Shown: positions 1 to 10,619, numbered from the stretch's first letter. The stretch: DNA of 36,078 nt from an uncultured Methanobrevibacter sp. (GCA_905235495.1 CAJOMK010000017.1:1-36078), one strand, 5' to 3'. A program made the numbers and translations. Notes: a model not told the origin generated them from the letters alone.

Positions 1-578
1 GAATAAACTGCATTGATAATCTCATTTGCAATATATTCATTAACCTTCTCACTATCTGCTTTGATTATTCCTTTATGGCATTCATCAGGATATTCAATTG
101 CAGGCTGGATTAGGATTACTCCTGCACCCTTTAAGAATTTTCCCGGGATTTTTAGTGATGCAAAGGTGTAATGTGACCAATTGTCATCATAGGACCTTCT
201 CAAGAAATTTACTTTGTTCAAATCAACTGAACCTGCATTGATATAAATCACTTTTCTGCTTGTTCTTGAAGAGTAATCGGCAAGTTCAACGAGATTTCCT
301 GCACATGCGGCTGAAATTGTAACTCCAACATCGCTCCTTGCATTCATTAGCCTTGTCCCTTCTCCAGGATTTGAAGCCGAATCATCCACGATAACGATGA
401 TTTTGCCATTGGTTTTTGATTCGATTCTATCTTTGATATCATTTAATCTGTGCAAATCCGCATCATGCCCATTCATATTGTCTGAAGTTAAAAACACTGT
501 AGTTGCATCCACACTTTCAGCAAATATTGGGGCTAATATGACTAATGATAAAATCAATATTGGAATAATCTTTTTCAT
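1..578 (-). CDS. Secreted/surface protein of a Methanobacteriales-type family (partial, runs off the window start)
   Basis: Not in the ORF track. Manual translation from ATG at 578: MKKIIPILILSLVILAPIFAESVDA-TTVFLTSDNMNGHDADLHRLNDIKDRIESKTNGKIIVIVDDSASNPGEG...FLRRSYDDNWSHYTFASL...; signal peptide ending VDA, frame open to base 1. Confidence 0.8.
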   Translation of the reverse strand, partial: MKKIIPILILSLVILAPIFAESVDATTVFLTSDNMNGHDADLHRLNDIKDRIESKTNGKIIVIVDDSASNPGEGTRLMNARSDVGVTISAACAGNLVELADYSSRTSRKVIYINAGSVDLNKVNFLRRSYDDNWSHYTFASLKIPGKFLKGAGVILIQPAIEYPDECHKGIIKADSEKVNEYIANEIINAVY

Positions 579-716
579 AGTTTGAACTCTTAATTAGTTT
601 TTAATTAGTTTTAATTTGTTAATTTTTTTAATTAATTTAAATTAAATTTTTAATCAATAATTTTTGTTTGATAATTGGATATAAAATAAATAATAAAATT
701 TTCAGTTTAGAAGAAA

Positions 717-1060
717 TTAAAATACTTCTTGATCTACTTCAAGAACCCATTTGATGGTGTCTAATCTTATCATTTGTCCAAATCATTCCATGGATTCTAG
801 TTTTTAATTTGGCATTGTTCGCTTCAGATGCTTCCATGCATTTTGCATCTAATTCCTCAGCTTTTTTCGAATTTTTCAAGCAAGTCAAGAGTTTGCTCTT
901 CATTGTTTATTAACAAGCTTGTTAACATAATTGATTGCAATTCAGACCCTGCAAGGATAACCTTTTGTTCATTGCTTAAGTTATCTTCTTCAGCTCTTAA
1001 TGCTACGGTTATATCGTTTAATTTCTCTATTTTTTCTTCAATTTCTTCTTTTGTTCTCAT
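717..1060 (-). pseudogene. Hypothetical coiled-coil protein, frameshifted twice
   Basis: MRTKEEIEEKIEKL...LLEKFEK stops at 857, but coding-like text continues in other frames (KAEELDAKCMEASEANNAKLKTRIHGMIWTND / RLDTIKWVLEVDQEVF*, stop at 717); GGAGA RBS upstream of ATG 1060. Confidence 0.6.
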
Positions 1061-1166
1061 TTTATAATCTCCATAAGCATTATATACATTAGTTTTAATA
1101 AATTTTATTTTTCCATATCCCAATTTACCGGTTTTTTTTCTTTCGTCTTCCCCATTTGGTGGATTG

Positions 1167-1337
1167 TCATATTCCAGTATTTCTGTTGGTCATGCCTTCT
1201 CTCAAATCAATTCTATCTTCAGGCATGTTTTTAGGGCCAATTCCCTTTTTTTCAGTTAAATTATTTCCGCATTGGCTGCAAAACTTTGCATTCGGATTCA
1301 AGAGTTTTGCTCCACATTTTGGACAAAATTGGTTCAT
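1167..1337 (-). CDS. Small zinc-ribbon domain protein (56 aa, possibly truncated)
   Basis: MNQFCPKCGAKLLNPNAKFCSQCGNNL...: paired CxxCG motifs; AAGGTGA RBS upstream; below the ORF-track size cutoff. Confidence 0.75.
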   Translation of the reverse strand: MNQFCPKCGAKLLNPNAKFCSQCGNNLTEKKGIGPKNMPEDRIDLREGMTNRNTGI

Positions 1338-1528
1338 ATTTCACCTTCGATTTTTAAACTTTAATTTTTAAGTATATATTATTTTAATTTATATTTTCTT
1401 AAATTTTAAATTATATTTTAATTATTATCTTAATCGCTTTTATAGATATCTATAAATAATTAGTAAAATAATATTTAATTATTAAAACTAAAATTTTAAG
1501 ATAATTTTCTCTATTTAGGTGCATAAAA

Positions 1529-1756
1529 ATGGCTGATGATATTATTGACATTGATGATTACGAAGTAACAGATACACATATTGTAGAAACTTCAGATGAA
1601 GATGATTACAGAGAGGAATACAAGCAAAGGGAATATGATAATCAAGGTACTGCTACAGGATTTTATAAATCAATTTCATTAAATCATACTTCCTTATTGA
1701 TTATTGGAATGGTTGTTCTTGTGTTGGTGGTTATTTTCATAATGACTTTTGAATAA
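1529..1756 (+). CDS. Small protein with acidic N-terminus and C-terminal membrane anchor
   Basis: 75-aa ORF, AGGTG RBS, D/E-rich N-terminus, one C-terminal hydrophobic helix. Confidence 0.7.
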   Translation: MADDIIDIDDYEVTDTHIVETSDEDDYREEYKQREYDNQGTATGFYKSISLNHTSLLIIGMVVLVLVVIFIMTFE

Positions 1757-1759
1757 TCC

Positions 1760-1806
1760 ATTCAACAATCAATTTAACAATCAATTTAACGTTCCATTTA
1801 ACAATC
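1760..1806. repeat. Short degenerate ~11-bp tandem repeat (CAATTTAACAA-like)
   Basis: ccattcaacaatcaatttaacaatcaatttaacgttccatttaacaatc. Confidence 0.5.
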
Positions 1807-1830
1807 TATCCTTATAAAAATAGAATTTTC

Positions 1831-2244
1831 ATGATTATAATGTTTGATTTAGCTAATTGGTTTAAAAGATTTTCATTTGAGAGGAATGATAAGAGATTTG
1901 GAATCTATAATCTCATAATATTGGTTTTGGCATTATCTCTTTATCTACTGAACAATCATTTTATGCATGAAATCAATTGGTTTTTCATGTTTTACTTCAA
2001 TGATTTTTTAGCTATTGTAGTTTTGCTAAGCTTTTTGAATATTGTCTATCCATTTAAATTGACAAATCTTTGGTTAATAATTCTTGTAATTTTATTGGCA
2101 TCATTTGTATGGGAGTATGTTGCTTTATTCATTAAGAAAGGAGCCATATTTGATCCTATTGATATTATTTGCTATTTTGGATCTATGCTTATTTATTTGA
2201 TAATACTGTACTTTATAGAGGGGAAAATCAACACTTCAATTTAA
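1831..2244 (+). CDS. Hypothetical 4-TM membrane protein
   Basis: 137-aa hydrophobic ORF with YFNDFLA...WEY...FDPIDIICY segments. Confidence 0.7.
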   Translation: MIIMFDLANWFKRFSFERNDKRFGIYNLIILVLALSLYLLNNHFMHEINWFFMFYFNDFLAIVVLLSFLNIVYPFKLTNLWLIILVILLASFVWEYVALFIKKGAIFDPIDIICYFGSMLIYLIILYFIEGKINTSI

Positions 2245-2269
2245 TTCATTTAGTTGCTTGTGTGATATT

Positions 2270-2779
2270 ATGGAAAACAATTCAAATTACTCTCCAGAAT
2301 CAAGATATCTTCTCAATTTTTCATTTTCACAAAAGAGATTAGGTGCAAATGATAATATTCCAGATTATCCGTCATCATCTAAATCTTGCATGAGTTCAAA
2401 TGTGATATCTGAAACCTCTTTGGAAGAGGATTATATTTTGCTAAAAAAGAAATCCTTGCTTAAACGTAAATCTATGGGTTCTTTGAAGATATTTTACAGT
2501 GAAATAATTGATTTGAAGTTAAATAAGGCTGATTTATCATCATTATATTCATCTATCGTGATTGTTTATTCAAAAAATGGCTATACTAAGCATATAATTT
2601 CCTTAAGCAGCAGTGATGGTTTTGCTGTAAGATGGTTCTATGATGGGTTGGTTGTTAGGTATTCACTAAGAAAATCTAATCTGAACAAGCCAGATATTCT
2701 CAAGTCCAATGAAGAATCATTTTTAAATGAAAATGAGATTTCAAAGAATTCTGACAATTTTGATGATTTTATGAATTAG
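2270..2779 (+). CDS. Hypothetical protein
   Basis: ORF of ~169 aa from ATG 2270 with GTGTGAT RBS-like motif; no recognised motif. Confidence 0.55.
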   Translation: MENNSNYSPESRYLLNFSFSQKRLGANDNIPDYPSSSKSCMSSNVISETSLEEDYILLKKKSLLKRKSMGSLKIFYSEIIDLKLNKADLSSLYSSIVIVYSKNGYTKHIISLSSSDGFAVRWFYDGLVVRYSLRKSNLNKPDILKSNEESFLNENEISKNSDNFDDFMN

Positions 2780-2879
2780 ATGAATGCAGAAATCTCTGAT
2801 AAACGAAAAAAAAACAGATTTCCAAGCAAATGAAATTTGATAGATGTTCAAGTGGAGAATATTAATTTTAAACTTTTTT

Positions 2880-3056
2880 CATATTCTATCTTATTTTATT
2901 CTTATTCTTTTTTTATTCTTATTCTTTTTTTATTCTTATTCTTTTTTTATTCTTATTCTTTTTTTATTCTTATTCTTTTTTTATTCTTATTCTTTTATTC
3001 TTATTCTTTTTATTCTCCTTTTATCTATTTTTATTCTCCTTTTATTCTATTTTTAT
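2880..3056. repeat. Low-complexity (TTATTC / T-run) microsatellite-like tract
   Basis: Many TTATTC units separated by T runs; generates two spurious overlapping ORFs. Confidence 0.85.
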
Positions 3057-3190
3057 TAAATCTTTTCATTATAATCGAACTATTTTTTTTAAATTATTCT
3101 CTAATAGATAACTTAAAATATTTTATTTAATATATATTATATCATAATGTAATATTTTGAGATTTTATAAATTTTTCAATTAAAATCTTA

Positions 3191-3230
3191 GTTTGATAGT
3201 TTATCTGTTGGTTTGATAGTTTATCTGGTT
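3191..3230. repeat. 20-bp tandem duplication upstream of carA
   Basis: gtttgatagtttatctgttg / gtttgatagtttatctggtt. Confidence 0.8.
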
Positions 3231-3382
3231 AAACTATTTTGAACATTTTTTTAATAAATCTAATTTATAGAATACTTTAAATTAAATAAATTACATAAAT
3301 AATTAAGGAAATTAATTTAGCAATAACTATTAATTTAATATTTTTTGACATTAAATACAATGAATTATAATTTGGTGAAAAT

Positions 3383-4462
3383 ATGGGAAATGAAGCAAAA
3401 TTGGCTTTAGAAGATGGAACTATTCTGAAAGGAAAAGCCTTTGGTTACGAAACCGTAACTGTAGGTGAACTTGCTTTCTCAACTGGTATGTCAGGTTATA
3501 CCGAGGCACTCACTGACCCTTCCTTTAAAGGACAAATATTGATGTCTACTTACCCATTGGAAGGTAACTATGGTGTAAGTGAAGATTGGTATCAATCAGA
3601 TAAGGTACAAGTTGAAGGATTTGTAGTGAGAGAAGCTTGTAAAAAATTATCTAACTTCGGTACAAAAAAGACTTTGGATGATTTCTTGAAAGAATTTAAA
3701 GTACCTGGTATTGAAGACATTGATACAAGAGACTTAACTTTAAAGATACGTGAAAAAGGATCTCTTAAAGCAGCACTTGCTACTGAAGAGATTGATGATG
3801 ATGAGTTGGTGGCTCGTGCTCAGGAACATAAAAGCATTATTGATTTGGATTTGGTTCCTTTAGTATCAACTCCAGAAATTAAGACCTTTGGAGACTTTGA
3901 TAAAACTGTAGCTATTCTTGATTGTGGTGTTAAAAAGAACATTATCAACTGTTTCTTGGAAAATGATATTGGGGTTGCTTTATTCCCTTATGATACCGAT
4001 TATCAAACTATTTTAGATTATGGTGTAAATGGACTTATGGTTTCACCAGGTCCTGGAAACCCTGAAAGATTAACTGAAACCATTGCAAATGTAAAGAAAT
4101 TACTTAATAGCTTCCCAGTATTTGGTATTTGTATGGGTCAACATGTAATTGCAAAGACCTTTGGTGCAACTACCTATAAAATGAAATTTGGTCACAGAGG
4201 AGCAAACCAACCTGTAAAAGACTTGCAAACTGAAAAAGTCTTCATCACTTCTCAAAATCATGGATTCGCTATTGATCCAGATTCCTTAAAAGGTACTGAT
4301 TTGGAATTGACCCAAATAAACTTAAACGATGGTACTCCTGAAGGATTTTTACATAAGGAATTACCTTTAAGAACCATCCAATACCACCCGGAATCTGGCC
4401 CTGGTCCAAATGATACAAGAATATTGTTTGAAGAATTTGCCAAAATGATTAAGGAGTATTAG
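3383..4462 (+). CDS. carA: Carbamoyl-phosphate synthase small subunit
   Basis: LEDGT, TGMSGY, LTDPSF, SPGPGNP, GICMG (catalytic Cys), GHRGANQPV, TSQNHGF, QYHPE. Confidence 0.99.
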   Translation: MGNEAKLALEDGTILKGKAFGYETVTVGELAFSTGMSGYTEALTDPSFKGQILMSTYPLEGNYGVSEDWYQSDKVQVEGFVVREACKKLSNFGTKKTLDDFLKEFKVPGIEDIDTRDLTLKIREKGSLKAALATEEIDDDELVARAQEHKSIIDLDLVPLVSTPEIKTFGDFDKTVAILDCGVKKNIINCFLENDIGVALFPYDTDYQTILDYGVNGLMVSPGPGNPERLTETIANVKKLLNSFPVFGICMGQHVIAKTFGATTYKMKFGHRGANQPVKDLQTEKVFITSQNHGFAIDPDSLKGTDLELTQINLNDGTPEGFLHKELPLRTIQYHPESGPGPNDTRILFEEFAKMIKEY

Positions 4463-4554
4463 GAATTAGGATTCATTGTATTATAATTAGTATAACTATT
4501 AAAATTATTGAAAAATAAAATTTATTACTTTAATGTGGATTAAGAGAGGATAAT

Positions 4555-7500
4555 ATGCCTGTTGATGAGGATATTAAAAAAGTGCTTATAATTGGTTCTG
4601 GACCTATTCAGATTGGTCAAGCAGCTGAGTTTGATTACTCTGGTTCTCAAGCTTGTAAATCACTTAGAGAAGAGGGATTGGAAACAGTTCTTGTAAACAG
4701 TAATCCTGCTACCATTCAAACTGATATGGATATGGCAGACACTGTCTACACTGAGCCGTTGACTGCAGAACTTGTTGCTCAAATTATTGAAAAAGAGAAT
4801 ATTGATGCTATTTTGCCTACTATGGGAGGACAAACAGGTTTAAACATTGCAACTGAACTTGGAAAATTAAGCCTATTGGAAGGAATAAAAGTTATCGGTT
4901 CTGATGTTCAAACCATTGCAGATGTGGAAGACAGAGATTTATTCGCTAACTTTATGGGTAGATTGGATGAACCTATCCCTAAATGTCATGCAGTGGAATC
5001 TGTTGAAGCTGCTTTAGAGGCTGTTGAAGAAATTGGTTACCCTGTAATTGTCCGTCCAGCATTTACCTTAGGTGGAACTGGTGGGGGAATAGCTCACAAT
5101 AAGGAAGAACTTATAGAAGTTACCACTCATGGTCTCGACATGAGTTACATCAACCAAGTATTGATTGACGAATCCGTTCTTGGTTGGAAAGAGATCGAGT
5201 TTGAGGTTATGAGGGATAAAAACGATACTTGTATCATTGTATGTAACATGGAAAATGTTGACCCAATGGGTATTCACACAGGTGACAGTATCGTAGTCGC
5301 CCCTATTCAAAACTTGAATGATGAAGTATGTCAAAGATTAAGGGACGCTTCCATTAAGATTATCAGAAACTTAGGAATCAATGGTGGATGTAACATCCAA
5401 TTTGCATTGAACCCTGAAACCAATGAGTATAAGATCATTGAGGTAAACCCTCGTGTAAGTAGAAGTAGTGCACTTGCATCTAAGGCAACAGGTTATCCAA
5501 TTGCAAAAATCTCTTCAAAAGTTGCTCTTGGTTTGACTTTAGATGAAATCAGAAACGACATTACCAAAGAAACTCCTGCTTCATTTGAGCCATCCATTGA
5601 CTATATCGTAGTAAAAATCCCAAGATGGCCATTTGACAAGTTCAAAGGCATTGGCAGAAAGATTGGGGTTCAAATGAAAGCTACTGGAGAGGTAATGGCT
5701 ATTGGTAGAACCTATGAAGAGGCTATTCAAAAAGCTATTCGTTCCTTGGATATCGGATTGCATGGATTCGAATATTTGGAATACACTGAAGATAATTTAG
5801 CAAACCCAACTGATGAAAGACTATTCCACATGTACTCTGCAATTAAAGATGGAAGAAGTGTAGAAGAACTTGCAGAACTTTCTAAAATGGATGCATTCTT
5901 CCTATACAAAATAGAAAACATTGTAGAGTTTGAAAATCAAGTAACAAAAGAAGCACTTGAAGATGAAGAATTCTTGCTTAAAGCTAAAAAATTAGGATTC
6001 TCCAATTTCACCCTTGCAAAACTCGCAGGCATTAAAGAAGAAGATGTAAAAGCACTTCTTGACAAGTTTGACATTAAGCCATCCTATAAGATGGTAGATA
6101 CTTGTGCAGCAGAGTTTGAAACTAAAACTCCTTATTATTACAGCAGTTATGATAAAGGTAACGAACTCATCAAGAATGACAATAAGAAAATATTGGTTAT
6201 CGGTGCAGGTCCAATCAGAATTGGACAAGGTATTGAGTTCGATTACTGTTGTGTACATTCCTCCCTTGCATTGAAAGATCAAGGAATTGAAACCATTCTT
6301 GTAAACAACAACCCTGAAACCGTAAGTACTGATTATGACATTTCAGATGAATTGTTCTTTGAACCGTTGACCTATGAAGACATCATGGGAATAATTGAAC
6401 AAGTTGAACCTGATGGTGTAATTGTTCAATTCGGTGGTCAAACTTCAATCAACCTTTCTGTTCCTCTCGCAAAAGCAGGAGTCAAAATCTTAGGTACTCC
6501 ATATGAAAGCATTGACAGAGTTGAAGACAGAGAAAGATTCACTGAAGTGTTAAATGATTTGAATATTCGCCAAGCTCCTTATGGATTGTCTAATTCATTT
6601 GATGAAGCTAAAGAAGCTGCAGAAAGAATCGGTTTCCCAGTTCTTGTTCGTCCATCCTATGTAATCGGTGGAAGAGCAATGGAAATTGTTTACTGCTTGG
6701 AAGAACTTGAAGAATATATGAAAGAAGCTGTAAAAGTTTCTCCTGAACATCCTATTCTTGTAGACAAGTTCCTTGAAGATGCAGTGGAACTTGATGTAGA
6801 CCTTTTATGTGATGGTGAAGATGTATTCATTGCAGGTATTATGGAACACATTGAAGAAGCTGGTGTTCACTCCGGTGACTCTGCATGTGTAATACCTCCT
6901 CAAACAATTCCAGAACATTTACTTGAAGTAATTAGAGAAAATACCAGAAAATTAGCTTTAGAATTGGATGTAATCGGATTGATGAACATTCAATATGCAG
7001 TTAAATTGGATGAGGAAAAAGTTTACATCATCGAAGCTAACCCAAGGGCAAGCAGAACCGTTCCATTTGTAAGTAAAGCTATTGGAGTTCCTCTTGCAAA
7101 AGTTGCAACCTCATTGATGATGGGTGCAAAACTCAAAGACCTCAATTTAACTAAAGAAATTAAGATTAACCATGTAGCTGTTAAGGAATCTGTTTTCCCA
7201 TTCTTGAAATTAACAGAGTCCGACAGTATATTAGGTCCTGAAATGAAATCCACCGGTGAAAGTATCGGTATAGATGAAAACTTCGGTCTTGCATTCTACA
7301 AGTCACAGCTTTCAGCTGGTATGGACTTGCCTAAAGAAGGAAACCTCTTAATCAGTGTAAGAGAACAAGACCAAAAGAAAATCCGGCCAATTGCTGAAAA
7401 GGCTCATGCATTAGGATTTAATATATTCGCTACAAAAGGTACAGCTAATGCCATATTTGATGTTCCTATTACAAGAATCAAGAAAGTATCACAAGGAACC

Positions 7501-7731
7501 CCAAATATTAAGGAAGCTATTTTAGATGGAAAGATTGATTTAATCATCAACACTCCTCATGGTGAACAGGCTTCCAAAGATGGTTATACCATTAGACGTT
7601 TGGCTGTTGAATTAGGTATTCCTTATGTAACTACTTTAGCAGGAGCAAGAGCTGCTTTAAATGCTATTGAAGCTGTAAAGGAAAATGAATTGAAAGTTAA
7701 ATCTTTAAATAATCATATAGCAAATATTTAA
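4555..7731 (+). CDS. carB: Carbamoyl-phosphate synthase large subunit
   Basis: GSGPIQIGQAAEFDYSG, duplicated ATP-grasp halves (GAGPIRIGQGIEFDYC), C-terminal MGS domain; 1058 aa. Confidence 0.99.
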   Translation: MPVDEDIKKVLIIGSGPIQIGQAAEFDYSGSQACKSLREEGLETVLVNSNPATIQTDMDMADTVYTEPLTAELVAQIIEKENIDAILPTMGGQTGLNIATELGKLSLLEGIKVIGSDVQTIADVEDRDLFANFMGRLDEPIPKCHAVESVEAALEAVEEIGYPVIVRPAFTLGGTGGGIAHNKEELIEVTTHGLDMSYINQVLIDESVLGWKEIEFEVMRDKNDTCIIVCNMENVDPMGIHTGDSIVVAPIQNLNDEVCQRLRDASIKIIRNLGINGGCNIQFALNPETNEYKIIEVNPRVSRSSALASKATGYPIAKISSKVALGLTLDEIRNDITKETPASFEPSIDYIVVKIPRWPFDKFKGIGRKIGVQMKATGEVMAIGRTYEEAIQKAIRSLDIGLHGFEYLEYTEDNLANPTDERLFHMYSAIKDGRSVEELAELSKMDAFFLYKIENIVEFENQVTKEALEDEEFLLKAKKLGFSNFTLAKLAGIKEEDVKALLDKFDIKPSYKMVDTCAAEFETKTPYYYSSYDKGNELIKNDNKKILVIGAGPIRIGQGIEFDYCCVHSSLALKDQGIETILVNNNPETVSTDYDISDELFFEPLTYEDIMGIIEQVEPDGVIVQFGGQTSINLSVPLAKAGVKILGTPYESIDRVEDRERFTEVLNDLNIRQAPYGLSNSFDEAKEAAERIGFPVLVRPSYVIGGRAMEIVYCLEELEEYMKEAVKVSPEHPILVDKFLEDAVELDVDLLCDGEDVFIAGIMEHIEEAGVHSGDSACVIPPQTIPEHLLEVIRENTRKLALELDVIGLMNIQYAVKLDEEKVYIIEANPRASRTVPFVSKAIGVPLAKVATSLMMGAKLKDLNLTKEIKINHVAVKESVFPFLKLTESDSILGPEMKSTGESIGIDENFGLAFYKSQLSAGMDLPKEGNLLISVREQDQKKIRPIAEKAHALGFNIFATKGTANAIFDVPITRIKKVSQGTPNIKEAILDGKIDLIINTPHGEQASKDGYTIRRLAVELGIPYVTTLAGARAALNAIEAVKENELKVKSLNNHIANI

Positions 7732-7802
7732 TAGAGATTCATTCTCTATTTCTTATTTTATTTTACTAATCAAAATAATATTTAAATTTCGTTGGTGTGA
7801 TT

Positions 7803-8081
7803 ATGCCTTTTAAGATTGATAGTGCAATAATGAAATTGGATGACGAATCAGGTAAATATGATTTGGTTGATTCAGATGGAAAATTCAATAAAAAAGATGC
7901 TTTGATGGTCGTTAACAGTGATGACTTTATTACTATGCAATTAGTAATTAATGCAATTATCAGAAACGATTTTAAAGCATGGAGAGATGTTAAGTGGGAA
8001 GATGATGACAGTCTCAAAGCTATTCTTGTTAAATTAGGATACAACAGAGATGAAATCGTTGAAATGCTTAAAGAGTTTTAA
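7803..8081 (+). CDS. Hypothetical small acidic protein
   Basis: 92-aa ORF with GGTGTGA RBS and host-like codon usage. Confidence 0.7.
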   Translation: MPFKIDSAIMKLDDESGKYDLVDSDGKFNKKDALMVVNSDDFITMQLVINAIIRNDFKAWRDVKWEDDDSLKAILVKLGYNRDEIVEMLKEF

Positions 8082-8122
8082 TTTTTATTTTATTACTAAA
8101 ATTAATTAATTGGGGTGATGTT

Positions 8123-8883
8123 ATTAAGAAGATAATTATCTGCATTATCTTTTTAATTTCCCTTTTATCTTTAACATGTGTTAATGCTAGTGATTTGAAC
8201 TCTCCAAATTTAGATACATTAGAGGAAGATTCGGTTCAAGTTCAAATTCTTGAAATGGGCGATTCAATGCAAAGTTCTTCTGACCAATGAAGTTTTTATT
8301 GGTAATGATGAATCTGATATCGATGAAGATATTTCTTCAGAGGATGAAATTTTATCTACTGGTAAAAAAAGCAAAATTGGGAGATTCAAGTGCTATACAG
8401 TTAGAATTGGACAACGATGCAGATAAGGAAAATATTAAAATCGGTGATTTTTTGTGACTTTGATTATCGAAGCCAATAACAAAGGGCCTAATGTGGCTAA
8501 AAATGTTAAGGTTTCAAATCAATTGCCTGATGGTTTAAAATTTGTCAAATACTCTGCAACTAAAGGTTATTTTGATATTGGCACTGGTGTTTGGGACATT
8601 GGTGATTTAGAAGCAGGTGAAGAACAGGTTTTAAAAATAGTTACTAAAGCATTGACTACTGGTGAAAAGGTTAATAAAGCTAATTTAACAAGTGATACTG
8701 AAATTACTGCTCCTGATAACTGTTATGAGGAAGAAGAAAATCGATGTATGTAATGACATCCAATATAAAAAAGTTCAAGTTAAGAAAGTTTCTAGCCTCA
8801 TGTATCCAACAGGAAATCCTATTGCAGTTCTTTTAGTGTCAGTTTTAGTATTATTAACTACAAGTTTTAAAAGAAGATATTAA
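8123..8883 (+). pseudogene. Adhesin-like surface protein with DUF11 domain, fragmented
   Basis: Signal peptide (I)KKIIICIIFLISLLSLTCVNA-SD after GGGGTGAT RBS; acidic linker; DUF11-like NKGPNVAKNVKVSNQLPDGLKFV...WDIGDLEAGE; C-terminal YPTGNP + TM + KRRY; pieces lie in different frames. Confidence 0.85.
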
Positions 8884-8995
8884 TTTTTTATTTTTACTTT
8901 TTTTCTATTTTTACTTTTTTTCTATTTTTATTTTTTTCTATTTTTTCTATTTTTAATATTTTTTATTTTTTTTATTATTGGTGCTTTTTTTAAAT
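8884..8995. terminator. T-rich tract between convergent genes
   Basis: Repeated oligo-T runs (TTTTTTCTATTTTTAC-like) typical of archaeal intrinsic terminators. Confidence 0.5.
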
Positions 8996-9041
8996 TCTTA
9001 AAATATTAAAAAAAAAATAAATTCCAGCATTTAAGCTGGAA

Positions 9042-10316
9042 CTATGATTCTATTTCTTTTTTACTATTAAAAGCATCCAAATCTAGGGATTTAGTTTTAA
9101 ATACAACAATAATGGTACAAATTGCATCTCCTGTTACATTCACCGCAGTTCTCGCCATATCTATTATATAATCTATTCCCATTATAATACCTATTGCATC
9201 TGTTGGCAAACCTACTGATGTGAATACCATATTTAAGGTAATCACTCCTACAGATGGTACTCCTGCACTTCCAATAGATGCCATTACCGCAGTAAATATC
9301 ACTGTTATCAATGCACTCAGCCCTAAATCCATGCCATAAGCCTGTGATGCAAACATTACAGCAACACCTTGCATAATTGCTGTTCCATCCATATTAATGG
9401 TAGCTCCTAATGGTATTGTAAATGATGAAACATCTCTGGATACTCCAAGTTCAGTTAATTTTTCCAAATTTAATGGAATTGTCGCATTTGAGGATGAGGA
9501 TGAAAATGCAAACAGCATTACGGATAAGAATTTCCTAAAGAATTTTATCGGATTCAATCTGGTTAAAATCACAAGTAATGAAGGGTATACAATAAATGCT
9601 TGCACAGCCAAAGCCAAGAGAACACATAAAATGTATTTGCTTAGGGGTATCAACCCATCAAATCCTAATGTTGCAAATGTTTTAGCCATTAGACAGAAAA
9701 CCCCAATAGATGCAAATTTCATAACTATTCTGGTCATTTCTATCATAATGGTGTTCCCTTCGGAGAAAAGTTTATTTATAGTTTCGGTTTCATCATTTAA
9801 TTTAGCCAAAATTATACCTACAAGCACGCCAAAGATTATTACTGGTAACATATCCCCATTAGCCAATGAGTTAAGCGGATTTTCAGGAACCATACTTAAA
9901 ATGGTGTTGGTTATTGTTACATTAGTTGTAACATTTGATGCATCTGCAAGACCCACCATATTCAATCCGATTCCAGGTTGGATGATTTTTGCTATTATAA
10001 GAGCAATGGTAATAGCCAATACAGTGGTTAAAAGGTAAATGAGTATTGCTCTTCCACCAATTGCACCTATCTTCCTAGTGTCTGAAATGGATGTGACTCC
10101 TACAATGATTGAACAGAAAACAAGTGGGACAACCAGCATTTTCATTAATTTGATAAATAGGTTTCCTCCTAAATAGAAAACATTATCAATTAGTATTATG
10201 TCCTTGATGAAAGGATTAGTTACATAGAAATTCAATATTAAACCTACTATCAAACCTAATACCATTGAGATCAATATCCAATTGCCTAAGTTGATCTTCT
10301 TTAGTTTAGTTAACAT
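9042..10316 (-). CDS. Dicarboxylate/amino acid:cation symporter (DAACS / GltP family)
   Basis: FIKLMKMLVVPLVF, AFSSSSSNATIP, PLGATINMDGT, GSAGVP, DMARTAVNVTGD. Confidence 0.95.
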   Translation of the reverse strand: MLTKLKKINLGNWILISMVLGLIVGLILNFYVTNPFIKDIILIDNVFYLGGNLFIKLMKMLVVPLVFCSIIVGVTSISDTRKIGAIGGRAILIYLLTTVLAITIALIIAKIIQPGIGLNMVGLADASNVTTNVTITNTILSMVPENPLNSLANGDMLPVIIFGVLVGIILAKLNDETETINKLFSEGNTIMIEMTRIVMKFASIGVFCLMAKTFATLGFDGLIPLSKYILCVLLALAVQAFIVYPSLLVILTRLNPIKFFRKFLSVMLFAFSSSSSNATIPLNLEKLTELGVSRDVSSFTIPLGATINMDGTAIMQGVAVMFASQAYGMDLGLSALITVIFTAVMASIGSAGVPSVGVITLNMVFTSVGLPTDAIGIIMGIDYIIDMARTAVNVTGDAICTIIVVFKTKSLDLDAFNSKKEIES

Positions 10317-10331
10317 TTTTTTCCCCAAATT

Positions 10332-10429
10332 TTTTGTCAATGTATTATTTATTGTTCAAATAATTTAAGTTTTAATAAATTTTTGTCAATGTATTATTTA
10401 TTGTTCAAATAATTTATGTTTTAATAAAT
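10332..10429. repeat. 49-bp tandem duplication (1 mismatch) just upstream of the DAACS gene
   Basis: ttttgtcaatgtattatttattgttcaaataattta[a/t]gttttaataaat x2 (10332-10380, 10381-10429). Confidence 0.9.
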
Positions 10430-10619
10430 TTTTTTAAAGGATTGATAAACTATTTGGTGAATTGAAAAAAAATGTTTTTATTATAAGAAATAGATAAAAA
10501 TAGTGATTTTTAAAAAATAATCTTTTGAAAAATCAGGGTATTTTAATAATCAATTCATTGAAAAAGAATCATCCTAAGAAAAAATTAAAAAAAAAGAAAA
10601 AAAGAGAAAAATAGAAGAT

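Noticed and set aside
397-1371. Plus-strand ORFs 397-585, 828-1067, 1156-1371
   Set aside because: Antisense shadows of better-supported minus-strand genes
2837-3130. Two overlapping F/L/Y/S-rich ORFs
   Set aside because: Artefacts of the TTATTC low-complexity tract; no RBS, repetitive translation
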